DNA of 63,547 nucleotides, the filler included, from Rhabdomonas costata (lineage: Eukaryota), in assembly GCA_019059605.1 (NCBI GenBank). It is 49 parts of 49 records of this genome, joined end to end, with 100 filler letters (N's around TTAATTAATTAA, not from the genome) between each part and the next. Parts side by side here need not be neighbours in the genome. Positions count along the whole stretch, not along the records: positions 24,685 to 25,882 come from JAHMHO010023922.1; positions 25,983 to 27,181 come from JAHMHO010023923.1; positions 27,282 to 28,480 come from JAHMHO010023924.1; positions 28,581 to 29,779 come from JAHMHO010023925.1; positions 29,880 to 31,078 come from JAHMHO010023926.1; positions 31,179 to 32,377 come from JAHMHO010023927.1; positions 32,478 to 33,676 come from JAHMHO010023928.1; positions 33,777 to 34,975 come from JAHMHO010023929.1; 41 more parts are not named here. The stretch is one strand, 5' to 3'. The notes under the pieces were generated by a model. The model was not told the origin of the DNA, searched no databases, and saw nothing but the letters and a program-made list of their open reading frames with translations. Positions 24,950 to 37,159 of this stretch are shown in pieces. Both the position numbers and the translations under genes were made by a program. Each line of letters begins with the position of its first letter. Positions within the stretch are counted from its first letter, which is position 1.

Positions 24950-25554
24950 GGCTCCAATGTGATTATGGGTCCGGAGCTTGTGGTGGGACTTCCTGAGGCC
25001 GAGGTTTGCCCCGCAATGGCCGACTTCGCGCGCCAGCTGGAGGTGCCCTTTGCGATGTTTGAGGGGGTGATGTGCTACAACGGCCAGACCAAGTTTAACG
25101 TGGGGTACGCTCAGTACAAGAAGGATGTCGAGGTATGGGAATGGGGTAATGGGGGATATGTCATATGGTCGGTGTCTGATGCAAATAGAGGGCGACTCTA
25201 TGTTATGGTCCGTGTGCAGGGACTGGAGACTTTCCTTGAGCGACTCGAATAGTGAAGCTTTGCCTTCTGCATCAAATTTGCGCAAATCATTTTATCCCCT
25301 TGCGGTTGTTCAAGTTTTTTTTTGCCAGAAATTCACTGAAGGACGATCGCTGCAGCTGAGACATGTGATAACAATAGTAACGGTGATCATGGCTGTGCTT
25401 CTGGTGGACACGGGGCACGCAGATGGTGTTCAACGCGTTGGAGGACAGGGCCTGCAAAGCAGCCTGCAAGGCCAGAATGACAATTCTTAGGCACAAGTTC
25501 CAGATGCACCACATCCTCAATGACCACTACGAGGGCCGTGAGCAGTTCCTGCTG
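24950..25554 (+). CDS. Multi-exon fragment of an unidentified protein
   Basis: Codon-biased AG/GT-bounded exons GSNVIMGPELVVGLPEAEV...YAQYKKDVE, GLETFLE, MVFNALEDR and MHHILNDHYEGREQFLL. Internal junctions are ambiguous. Confidence 0.6.
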
Positions 25555-28500
25555 GTGTGTGTGTGTGTGTGTGTGTGTTTGCGCGAGAGCGATGCGTAGA
25601 GGAGATAGAGAAGGGGGTTAGGTCCGATGGGCCCTTCCCCCTCGAGGGTGGGAGTCTTTACTCCAGGGTGAGATTCGCGAGTCTTCCCCAGAAAAAATGT
25701 GCCCTCGCCAAATAAACTGTGTGTGTTTCCCTTTGTGTGTGTATGACTTTATCGAAATGCGTGCGTGTGGTAATGAGGTTGCCAGACGTTCGAAAAGACT
25801 TCTGCACAGCTGTAGGGTTGATTTGGCCAGAACCCGGTGAAAAGAATCCAACGCCCGTGGGTGGCAAAAAAACCCCCAAAAANNNNNNNNNNNNNNNNNN
25901 NNNNNNNNNNNNNNNNNNNNNNNNNNTTAATTAATTAANNNNNNNNNNNNNNNNNNNNNNNNNNNNNNNNNNNNNNNNNNNNGGTGTGTGTTTTGTACTC
26001 ATCGGGCATGTGATTCCCTTCTCTCGGTTCATGAAAGTGGATGTTCATCGGTTAGCATTTTTCGGTTCATGAAAGACACTTAATTGATTTGCCTCTGGGG
26101 TCCACAAGTCGTATCCTCATCGCGGAGTAACCGGTAAAGAATCCTTGAGAATCGGCTGATCCCACCGCGCGCCCAAGGTCCTAATTGACCCTGCCGCTGG
26201 TCTCAAAAGCACTGCTAGTAGAGCTGTTGTGAACTTCCTGAGGTGTCTTACGTTCCGGAGCTGCCAGTGCTGTTTCTTCGGCCTCGTTTAGGCAGCAACG
26301 CTTCGGTGACGCATGCAAAGAAAGTACCCATGCCCCTCCGGCTGGATGCTTGAGGGAACAGCCCGGGGAGCCCCCGCAACCGGAGGAGGGGGAGCCCCGG
26401 TTTCAGGTGCACATAGCGCATTCACGTAGCAGGTCTGCGAGTTCCAGCTCCGCTGCACAAGTTAGTATAGCAGGATCCTGCCATCAACCTGGGATACCCA
26501 AAAGGACACCGAGCACACTCACACAGACATCTGGCGGCATTTTCACACAAGACTCCTTTGTACAGCGAGAGAAGGCTGAAAACCTTAACACAAGTGGTTT
26601 CCGTAGGCCGAAAACGCGCTCAACCTCGCGGGGAATATGCATCTGGTCAAATTCCACCGATTTCGTCCCGAGAGCACGACATCGGCGAGAAGCGAGGAGG
26701 ATGGATCTTTCGGGTTTGTTTCCATTTCTCCTCCTTTTGAACGAGTCTCAAAGAGGTTCAGGACTTTTTTACGAACTCTGTAATGTTGGAACTCTGCCTG
26801 CTCGAACTTTCTGCATTCTAATTGATGTAGCGGGCCATCACCCTTTGCATTCCTTCTTCCCTTTTTGCTCTGCGCGCTTTCGCTCAGTGTGCAGCAGGCT
26901 TCCCACTGTATGTGTTGTTCCATGCAATGTCTGCTTACTCGCCCAGATCCCCCACGAGCACCTTCTTCTCAACCTCGCAGCTCCCTCCCTGGCCTGCAAC
27001 TCCTGCAACAGGACTTGGCACCAACGCCTCCTCTAAAGCGGACTGGGAGAGGAGGCGGGCGCGGCGGCTTCTGGTGCCTTTCTATAGCCAAGCACTCTCT
27101 CCAGGCGTCCCGCTCGTGGAAGAGGTTCGGAGTATTGCAGACCTGTGCCTCCATCAACTTTCCGTATTCGACCCCCCAACANNNNNNNNNNNNNNNNNNN
27201 NNNNNNNNNNNNNNNNNNNNNNNNNTTAATTAATTAANNNNNNNNNNNNNNNNNNNNNNNNNNNNNNNNNNNNNNNNNNNNTTTTTTTTGGTTTTCCTAG
27301 GACAATGCTGGGAGCCAACAACCGGAGTCCAACCCACCTCGAAGATACCACCGCGGCCGACTCCTCCGCCGCAACCATAATGTCGGCCTCCTCTCGCAGT
27401 GTGGGGGAGCAGAAGAATGAGGCCACGGAGTTCTGGCAGGTGCGTGTCGGAAGGCCTATGTGGCAAAACCGGCACGGCTGAAGGGAGGCTCGTGGATGCA
27501 TGGACTTTCCTGCACCAAACTTTTTGAGTTGGATCGGTTGATATGCCTGTCACTTGGTTTTGCGAGCTAACCGTGTGCCTCTTGATATGAATGAAGTTGA
27601 GGAGAACCTTTTTGTGACATTTTCACTTTGTGGGAAATCGAAATTCAAAAACTGTGGAAAATTTTTCTTCCACGGTTGTCGTAGTTTTGGTAGATATTGG
27701 CTTGGGCGCATGTGTATTGCGTGGTGGAGGGTGTGAACGTGGATTGGGTGCTCGGTTGCTCTAATTTGACGGTGGTTATGGTATGGTGTCTCCGATACCA
27801 AGCCGAGCCGTGATGAAAAGGCTGCTGTTTGCGCGCCACATTCCTTTGTCTCCGTGACGACGTGTGATGGGATGATTTCCGCAGCGAATGAGGCCCACTG
27901 GACTGGGGCGGCAGTCCTCCCCCGAAAAGCAGGTCTCTACTCAGACCCTGTCCGCAACCACAACCTCTGCTGTGCTGAAATCGGTGTGTGTATGTGTGTG
28001 TTTGTGTGTGTACGCCTGACACGTCGACGTCGCATTGATGTCTTTTTCGTTGTTTTGAATGCGACACAGTGCAGTTCCTTTGGTTATGCGGCTCTCCAAA
28101 ATTTCCCAATGTGAACATGCTCACCCGTGTTTTCGACGAAATGAGTGATGAATGTGTTACTGGTGTCCCTCTTTGAAGGCACGGTGTTGCTTTTTTGTCT
28201 ATGACACTTCAGCTTTTCTCTGTCAAATGTGCCTCTCTCCTGGGCCCGGGTACAACAAGTGGCCCGATGGTAAAATACTTCTATTGACACCCACGGGTTT
28301 GACACCAAGATCACGACTCTGCCAAGTGACCCGCTGTGATCAGGTGGAAGGGGGGGGGGCGCTGCTCAACTTTTACGAACAATTCGCCTTCCAAGGAGCA
28401 TTTATCATGGCTGGGACAGGTTCCTCGGCGGGTTCATGCGGAGAGTGGTGAAGCCTCTTTTCCCCCCGCCCACCACACACNNNNNNNNNNNNNNNNNNNN

Positions 28501-30008
28501 NNNNNNNNNNNNNNNNNNNNNNNNTTAATTAATTAANNNNNNNNNNNNNNNNNNNNNNNNNNNNNNNNNNNNNNNNNNNNCAGGAAGGCCGAGGAGGTGG
28601 TCTCCAGAAAGGCGGCCGCTCCTTCCAAGCTCTGTGCAATTGGGAGTGTGCCGCAATGCGTGTAAATGAGCGAGTGCTGTGCGTGTGTCCATAGTGTGCT
28701 GGTTGTTGGTTGTTGGTGACCGCTGCGGACTGACAGGCGCACGGGCTGTGCTGTGCTGACGGCCACACGGGTGCTGGCAATATACAGTTCGATAGCTAGA
28801 TCTATACCTTCCCTTCGGAGCGAACGGAACCGTACGGTAACGGCTCACTGCCGAGCGTTAAACAAACATGCTCAGACATACCGATGTGTGTACGCCTGTA
28901 AGCATGTCATCCCTGCAGAACTCGGACTGACACCGCAGACGCTCGGCTCTCAACAACTGGTTTATCAAAACACATCAGCGTTTGCAACCTTTTCCATACC
29001 TTTCTCCCGGCAACGGTTCCCATGGCGTGCAGGGTGGGCACGAATGGGGAAAGTGGGGAGCGGCCAACCTCATCGCCTGTTGCTTGGGGTCATGACCCCC
29101 CGAACCCGAACCCAGGTCCTCCCTGGATCCCGGAGGCGGAGTGGGGGTGGAGTCACCCCTCTCCTCCTCTTCTCGCTGCTGTGGCTGCTGCGGTTCGAAG
29201 CTGGAATGGGCCCAACCACTGCACACCCGTCCAACAGCTGGTGTGCTTAAGTTGTCAATGATTTGAAAAGACACCAAAAGATGCTCCTTTGGATGGCTAG
29301 GGCGAGGTCACAGGAGGATGGATAGCAAAGTCACAACTGTGGATCCCAGCCAAATTTTTGGAGAAAAGTTGGGCGATATAACCCCCCCCCTGGGACTCCA
29401 GGTGATATACCCTACCCTTTCTCCAGAAAGCTCACAGCCATTACGCTGCAGATCTATATGTCACTTGAGTTTGAGTACTATGCAGTTGTCAAAATTTGAC
29501 TTGTCCCCTTTCCTGAGGATTTCCGTGCTTTAGTCAAGCAGATTTTGGCTGCGAGATCACGTTCCCTGGGTTAACGGCACAGCTTTGGGGGCCGAGTTTG
29601 AGATGGAATGTGCCACTGTCAAGTTTACGTATTCCAAAACAGTGCCGTAACAGCCAAAACTTGACCCATGATAGGGCAGTCCTATTTTAAACGGTTTTGG
29701 AAAAAAGAAGTTTTCTCACGTTGTAGATATTTCGTTTAGGTTTTCTTTTCTACGTTCATAACTAAGAGGGAAAAACAACNNNNNNNNNNNNNNNNNNNNN
29801 NNNNNNNNNNNNNNNNNNNNNNNTTAATTAATTAANNNNNNNNNNNNNNNNNNNNNNNNNNNNNNNNNNNNNNNNNNNNGGGTTTGGGGAGCGGAAAAGA
29901 AGCAGAGGAACAAGGTTATGGAGGAGGGGGAATGCCCCAAACTATCTGGGCATTCCCCCTCCTCCATAACCTTGTTCCTCTGCTTCTTTTCCGCTCCCCT
30001 TTCACCAG

Positions 30009-30836
30009 CTAAAGCTCTTGCAGGGAGCCTCGCCCCGCCCTCTCCGCCTGAATTCGCCTTCGGCTGCGGCGCTTGCCCCTGCGCCCCACGTGCTCCTCAA
30101 GATCGTCCCCCAGCACGGGCAGGGGATGGTCGTCTGCCCACCGGCACGAAGCCACTGCCTGCGTGGTAAGTGGGGAAGGGAACAGACAGAGGGAACTGGC
30201 GTTCCAGAGCAAGCACACAAAAACAGAAGAAGAATCATGTCGATGGATCGTGTGTACACACCCAATATTGCAATTGTTAGCAAACACAATCTTCCACAAC
30301 ATACTGCAATGGCATCTGTTCATCCTGAATGAATGCTTGTAGTGTTTGCGAGGTTAATGCATTTTGCAGTTGCATATTTTGAGCAGGGAAGCGCATTTGT
30401 GAGACTTTGGAACCCCCCTTCACATGCAACCGGATGCACACATACACACATGCCTTGGACCGAGCGGCCCTGGGGGGCCCGTGCGGGGGATACGCCCTCT
30501 CCTGCAACTCCGGCTGGGTGTGCATGGCGAGGTACCAGTCAAAGCAAACCTCTGCCATCGTCCGCAGCGCCGCTCCGTGGCCCACCCACCCACATACCAC
30601 GACCAGCACGTCCCGGGGAAGCCCCAGGGCCACACGCACGGCGAACAGCTCGTGCTCATCCTCATCGACATCCTCTCGCCCGCCCCCTTCTCCTTCACAG
30701 AGAAAGCCGGGGGAAGGGGCATGGCACACGGAGGGCAGGCGGGGCACCCCTGAGCCCACGAAGTCCCATACCAGTGCCACCAAGTCCGTGGTGGAGCGGC
30801 GGCAAAGCAGGGGCCACAGGTCACTCAGAAAGGCTT
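30009..30836 (-). CDS. F-box protein, last two exons (about 30836-30454, 30158-30009)
   Basis: LPRDVLVVVCGWVGHGAALRTMAEVCFDW fits the F-box consensus LPxExLxxI...VCxxW. A phase-0 AAG|GC...CAG join runs in frame to TAG. Confidence 0.7.
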
Positions 30837-32962
30837 CTGCAGGGAGGGATCCGGGGAAGAAAGTACTGCAGGAGGGTTTCACTGGGAGAAAGTGCAGAGC
30901 ATTCTTCCATTCGCATACAGAGCATGTGCAACTCCCTGCAAAAACCCCCAGTGGGCTGGGAATATAGCTCACACATACACATACACGAAATCCCAAACAC
31001 CCTCTCGTAACTTCTTCTGCCTCCCTGTCTGTTCTCTCGATGAGCTCTGGAAGTAAAACAAAATCGCCACCCAAAAAANNNNNNNNNNNNNNNNNNNNNN
31101 NNNNNNNNNNNNNNNNNNNNNNTTAATTAATTAANNNNNNNNNNNNNNNNNNNNNNNNNNNNNNNNNNNNNNNNNNNNGGTTGGGGGGTGTTGGGGTATC
31201 TTCCAAAAAATTACCTTGGTGCCTCTGGAACCTTAATTTACAAAGCGAGGAGCGGTCCTCAGTCTTCCCCTCTTTCTCAGGCGCTTCTGCCCACGCTTCG
31301 AGGCCAGCTCAATGCAATCCGAAGGGCCTTCGCAGCTCCGGTGCGCCCTCTAAGGCGAAGTTCTGCACTGACCCTTCCCTCTCTACTCCCTACCGGGGCT
31401 CTGCAGCGACCATTGCAGCCAGCAGTCAGGAGCGGACCTCGCCTCCGCAGCCCCTCTTGGCGCCCGCCCCGTCTCACTTGCCCTCTCCAGCCAAGCCTTT
31501 GGGAAATCCTCGGGTCTGTTCTGCTGCTGCTGCCTTTGCGTGCTGTCTCAATTTACCCTCAAGCACAGAATCGAAGTTTGATGAAAGCACCCCGAGCCGT
31601 TTTTGTCTCACGGCACGCCTAGGTACGACTCCTCTCCTTTTTGCAAAAATAGCTGCTACTTGTCATTGAATCATTTCTAAAATGAAAAGGTCTTCTCGCT
31701 GCCGCGCTGTGTTGCCCCCGCGGAGTCCACTCCAAGCACACACCACAGCCCCCAGCCTGACCCAAGGCCTCGCCCAGGGCTGCTTGGGTCGGACTGGAAA
31801 GAACCTCCTCAGCCCAACTTCCGGCCCGTTGGCTCACCCACTGACGGAGCGGGGCCCTGTAGCCGCGATGGGGCTAGGGATGGCCACCGTCACCGCCGCA
31901 GGAGCCCTGGAAAAGAGAAGCGATCCCGGCCCAAGCCACGCCGACGCTCCCGAACACCAGCTCATCCCTCGAGAGCAGGCGTGATGCCTTTGGGGTTGCC
32001 AGGTTGGGGGTCTGAGGCGCGCTAATCACCTTGGCCGGTGGCACTCAGCAGTCAGAAGGCAGCAGTTAGCATTGTTAACTGTCATTAGAAGTGCAAACCA
32101 TGGGAACTTTTGCTGGTGAACAGAAACTCCGTGACCCAAAGCAACCATCCCATACATTCAAAAGGTAACGTGTCCCGTCCGTAGGACGAACTTTGCGCAC
32201 TCCGCTTCTACTCATCCTTGGGAACCTCAACCGACTCCAACGCCCTCTCCAGGGGATGTGACAAAGTACTTTTTACCCAACCTGCTGCAAATTAAATCTG
32301 CACCCATTTGTGCCGTTTCCATCCCCCCCTCCCCTCCCTTTCATTGCGAAGCACAGATCCTATCATCCCCAACAACANNNNNNNNNNNNNNNNNNNNNNN
32401 NNNNNNNNNNNNNNNNNNNNNTTAATTAATTAANNNNNNNNNNNNNNNNNNNNNNNNNNNNNNNNNNNNNNNNNNNNCTGAGTCGGGGGGTTGTGCTAGA
32501 CGACCTAGACTTATCAAATCAAACCACATCCACGGCACGTTTTTTTCTTCCCAATTGCCCTGTATGATCACTTGACCTCCCGCATTCTCCATCAAACGCT
32601 TTTCCTTCGTGTAAGTTATTGCATTGCTCATTGCCCGGACCCTGAACACCCTGTGCGCTGCTGGCGTAACTTAGATTGTTAAAAAAATATCCTATGTTCG
32701 GTTTTTCATTTCCGACCTCTTGTGAAAATGGGACGAAACCGGTTTATTTGAACTCCCATGGTGCTCTCATAGCCCAACTAGAGCCATCACCACAGGATTC
32801 GATCGCACATTGCTTGCCTCCCGTTGAGGTGGGGGTAACAGCTGATTCTCTGGAAGACGCTTTGTGCTGGTACACAAAACCCAAATGGGAATTGGTGCGC
32901 GCGGGCACATGCACACACGGACAGATGATAGATATAGAGTGAGAAAGCCCATCGGGAGATAC

Positions 32963-33670
32963 CCCGACTCCGCAGCCAACGTCCAGAACTTTCATCCCCG
33001 GCTTGATCCCGATCTTGTGGGCCAGGTAGAACTCGTGGCGCGCAATGGAAGCGTCGAAGGACTCCCCCTTGTGGCGAGCTGTGGGACGAGGGTGTGTGTG
33101 TGGGTGTGTGGGTGTGCGCGCGCTATCCACTCCATAAATGTTCAAAAGCAAAATCTCCAGTGCCACCCTGCAACAGGTCAGAGAGTTCGCAGGTCTCTTC
33201 TTTGGACGAAAGTCAACTTCAATCACTGCACAGGGCCAACGGTCAGCTCGGACAGCTTCCCATTCTTCTAGCGGCCAAGCGAGCCCCCAGACTGAGCTGT
33301 ATACAGGACCCCGCCTCCCACCTCCTCCGTCCCCAACATACTGGCGAAATGGAAGCACTGGCCCCAGCCGTACTCGTAGAAGTCTGTCACGATGTCATAG
33401 TAGTGGTTGGTAAGGGTCTGAAACAACCGTTGAAAAAACGCAACCGGGAGAAGCCTTGTTTTCGACATGGATAAGCATACAGTGTACGTGTCGTCTTCAA
33501 AACATAGTGCCAGCTGCCCCGAAACTCCTTCGCATGGGCTTGGCAGTAAATCAGAGCGCTCTGTCGGACGCTGTGGGACGACAAAAGCGTGCAACAGGAG
33601 GAAGCGCAGACCCACAACAACCTGGATAGCGGACGCTCGCTTGTCGACTGTGCCGGTCTTCTCGTCCCAC
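32963..33670 (-). CDS. SMT1: Sterol C24-methyltransferase, three exons (about 33670-33622, 33417-33342, 33078-32963)
   Basis: Spliced [64 protein letters not shown] contains SMT region I (YEYGWG) and the SAM-binding LDVGCGVG. Introns are GT-AG. Confidence 0.95.
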
Positions 33671-35152
33671 CCAAAANNNNNNNNNNNNNNNNNNNNNNNN
33701 NNNNNNNNNNNNNNNNNNNNTTAATTAATTAANNNNNNNNNNNNNNNNNNNNNNNNNNNNNNNNNNNNNNNNNNNNCTGATTTTTCCTGGCATCTGGTGG
33801 CGGTCAGGCGTGTTTTAGGCGTGGCCGACATTTGGTGGAGAGTGTTATGAGTCTTTTTATATTAATGTTCGCAAATAAAAGCTTGCTTACCAGGAAACCT
33901 TAAAAATGAGTGCAGTTGCTTCTTGTTTTCGGTATTTTTCGGCATCTTTCCACCTCAGAGTGTTTCCCCGAGGTAATGAGAGACTGACGAGTGATTTCAG
34001 CACTACAGAATTCCCCTCCTTCAGAACTAAACCATGGGAACAAAACTGTAGATCATTCTAGCGAGTGCTTTTTTCCGGGTGACGGTTTGTAATGTGAAAA
34101 ACAGATTCTGATTAAAGGTTCTGTTTTGGTGAATGACTGCGTGCTGTGTTTGGGGTCAGGTTTTTGTGGGAGAGCTTGTCTTCGCTGGACGCTTCGGAAA
34201 AGGAGCAACTTACCTCCTCGCTGAAGGAAGCGCTTTCCGGGGGTCAGGCAGCGTTGCAGCTGAAATGCCCGTCTGCACCTAAGGCAGCGGTGTGGACCAA
34301 ACTGCCCTCTTTCGATATACGTGCTGTGTGAAAAAAGGCACTGCCAAAGACGTTGCATACGACGATGCACAGCGTATTTGCCTCACGTCTCGATCGGAAA
34401 CCGGGAACAATGCGCGCGTTTGCGCTTTTTGGCCAATTTTGAGGAGTGAGAGACCTGCCGCAACTTGGATCGACGCACTTTTTATTTGCCCCACTGTGGC
34501 GTCCATCCTGCGATTGCTATTGACCTGATAAAAATACTGAATGCTCGAAGGTCCCCTTTGAATCGATTTCAGTCTCCGGTGAGTGCTGCTCTGCCCGCTG
34601 CTTGAGCAGTTCGTTCGTTCTATGCAGATGAAAGCCAAGGAATCTCTCGCCTCAAAAGCAGAAGTGCAGCGTCTGAAGGAGCAGATCGAAACCCATGAGG
34701 TCCGGCACTCCCTTTCCCCGCTCTCGTTGCGGGTGTCGTCGCGGATACTCTACACTTCCGTGTTGACATGCATGAGTGCCTTCGCCCGCCCGGAATTACG
34801 GTTGCATTAAGACAGAAACCAACACATGACCTGTGCTCTGGATCGTTAGGAATTGCGGGAATTTGCAATTCTGTACAGTTTTTACGAAGAGAGAGAGCAA
34901 ACGACTCTCCCTGAACCTGCGGTCCGATTATGTAATTAGTGGTAATTAAGGATTCACCGACCAGGTCCTCCCCAANNNNNNNNNNNNNNNNNNNNNNNNN
35001 NNNNNNNNNNNNNNNNNNNTTAATTAATTAANNNNNNNNNNNNNNNNNNNNNNNNNNNNNNNNNNNNNNNNNNNNTTTTTTTTGTGGGTTTTCCCTCTGT
35101 CTTTGAAAGTGAATACGGATATGCTGTGTGTGCTCTACAGCTGTGGTTTCAG

Positions 35153-35347
35153 GCGGCCGCGTCTTCGGATGACGATGTCACTTTTGCCCCAGTGTTCGCC
35201 TCGATGCTTCCCGTGGATGGGGAGGGGGGCCTGTCGGCAGCCCTCGCCCTTCCCGTGGTTGCCCCTGTGAGATCGGAGTCTGGAAGACTCATCGCCGTGA
35301 TTGGCACCGAGCGCACGGTGACTTACTTTGACCGATTCTTGCATCAA
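35153..35347 (+). CDS. Cache (dCache-like) sensor-domain exon
   Basis: AG/GT bounded, 65 codons. VTFAPVF...LPVVAPVRSESGRLIAVIGTERTVTYFDRFL matches the Cache C-terminal P+...G.++GV+G.D+.+..L..FL pattern. Confidence 0.65.
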
Positions 35348-36920
35348 GTACGCCGTATCGTTTCATCAGATTTTGGTTGGGTTTGGACCCGTCGGATTCA
35401 TGCAGCGCTTTGACCTTAAGGAGCTCCTGAAAGTGACCTCTCGTCTGGACGCTTTAGTAGCATACTACTACCACTTGTGGCTAAGAAGGACGCTGTGACA
35501 GTGACGACCCTCTGGGTTGACAGATTTAAGTGTGGTGTAGATTTCGTCCCCTCACTCCCTTGAATTTAAGCTAGGGGAATCAGTCTCCATGGACCGCTGC
35601 AAACCAATGCTACAGCAAAAGACAAATGACGAACATTGGGTCACTTTGTCCCGACCCATGGCGGTTCTAATTCTCTGCAGGAGCTCTTTCCTTCGTTCGG
35701 CGTCTCTGCTGGTTGGTTCGCCGTTTCGACTCCGGCCACCTTAAAGAGGCTTTGCAAATGCTCCTCTGGAGTTTAGCAGTGGTTTGCGCAGGCTTGGCGT
35801 AGTCACCCACACTAATCGTGTAGATTTGAAGAGTATGTGTTCTTAAGTCACCGTGTTCATCAGACAAGGCCTTCGTCGTGGTTTCCAGCCACACCAATTC
35901 AACACTGTCTGACATTGAGCCTACGTTCCATAGGAACAGTACCCCCACAGCAGAGGAGCTCCAAAGGTAGAAAGGTAAGAGAGCCTCCGCCCGTCAATCA
36001 ATGGCCGTCGCCAACAGCAGCCAGGCAATATCCAGCCAATTGACTATACTTGAAAGAGTGCTGTTGCGAAAAGAACTGTTGCGAAAAGAATTTTCCTCCT
36101 TATTGAGATGCTCAAGATGCCCAAGACGTTAATTAGGGCATTGCTGCTCAGCCGATCAGCACAAGACGCAGATCGGGGATAACGGAGTCCTTTTTCCCTC
36201 GTCCTCCGTACCTTCCCGATGAGGGCAGGTAGTTGTCCCCAAACACCCTACCCAACTGGAACCCACCCAAAAACNNNNNNNNNNNNNNNNNNNNNNNNNN
36301 NNNNNNNNNNNNNNNNNNTTAATTAATTAANNNNNNNNNNNNNNNNNNNNNNNNNNNNNNNNNNNNNNNNNNNNTGTGTTGGGGGAGAAGCACTCTACTG
36401 CAGGGGGGAGGTCCTTCTCTAGAGGCCTCTCCTCTATTTGCTCCTTTTTTCTCTTGCCTCTGGAACTTTCCAACCATCTCCTGATGACAGAAGCGGATAT
36501 TCCCGAATCACGGGCATTACCAACTTTTCCACACACAAAAACACACACACTCTCTCTCCCTCTTTTTGCAGGGGTAACCTCCAAGTGAGAAACCACCTTC
36601 CCAGTGTCTGTCGCCCTTGTGCTTGCTGGCTCACGTCAGGAATTCCGGGCGTCGTATGGAAGTTTTTGGGATCCTCAACTGGAGTGTTCAGAGGACAACC
36701 CCCTGAGTGCCACATGACATTATTCCACTCCACCATGCCGACAAAGCCCCTTGACCGTGGGGCAGAAATGAGGAGTCACAATAAGTGGAACATTCCCCAC
36801 GGAGCCGTTCGCTCCAACGGTACCTCTAGTGAGCACCCGTGGAGCCTAAGTCACGTGCGCCCATCAGTCCACAGTACCCAACACCTACACCCACACCCGC
36901 ACACTCGCACACGCTTATAC

Positions 36921-37159
36921 CGCAAGGGGCTCAGCGATGTCGGGGTCCGCGGAGTGCACTCCGATCCAGTCCACAGCAGCCTCAAGGGTAGCGCTGGCGC
37001 CCCCGCACTGCACCAACGCCTTGGTGCAGGTCAGCTCCGGGAAGCCCATCTCCGTCAGCTGCGCGAGAAGCTCCGCACTGACCACCGGCCGTGCCGGAAC
37101 AGCCCCACCACCACCACCGCCAGACGAGCCCAAAAGCTCCGCCGCGCTGTCCACCGTGC
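36921..37159 (-). CDS. UBA-domain exon (USP5/Ubp14- or UBXN1-like)
   Basis: LLAQLTEMGFPELTCTKAL...LEAAVDWIGVHSADPDIAEPL has the MGF loop and the W..H..DPDI tail. AG/GT bounded. Confidence 0.85.

Noticed and set aside
25219..25503. Apparent GG/CG non-canonical donors in this gene and near 48835
   Set aside because: Alternative GC/GT donors and AG acceptors can restore frame (e.g. CA|GT at 48829-48830, ttccag|ATG near 25504). Not supportable without cDNA.
30333..31010. Long plus-strand ORFs overlapping the F-box exon
   Set aside because: GC-rich shadow frames. The minus strand has the domain motif and a consistent splice phase.
2930..33670. Apparent metabolic cluster (OPRT, PstS, SUOX, SMT)
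   Set aside because: Each gene is on a separate contig, so their order is arbitrary.
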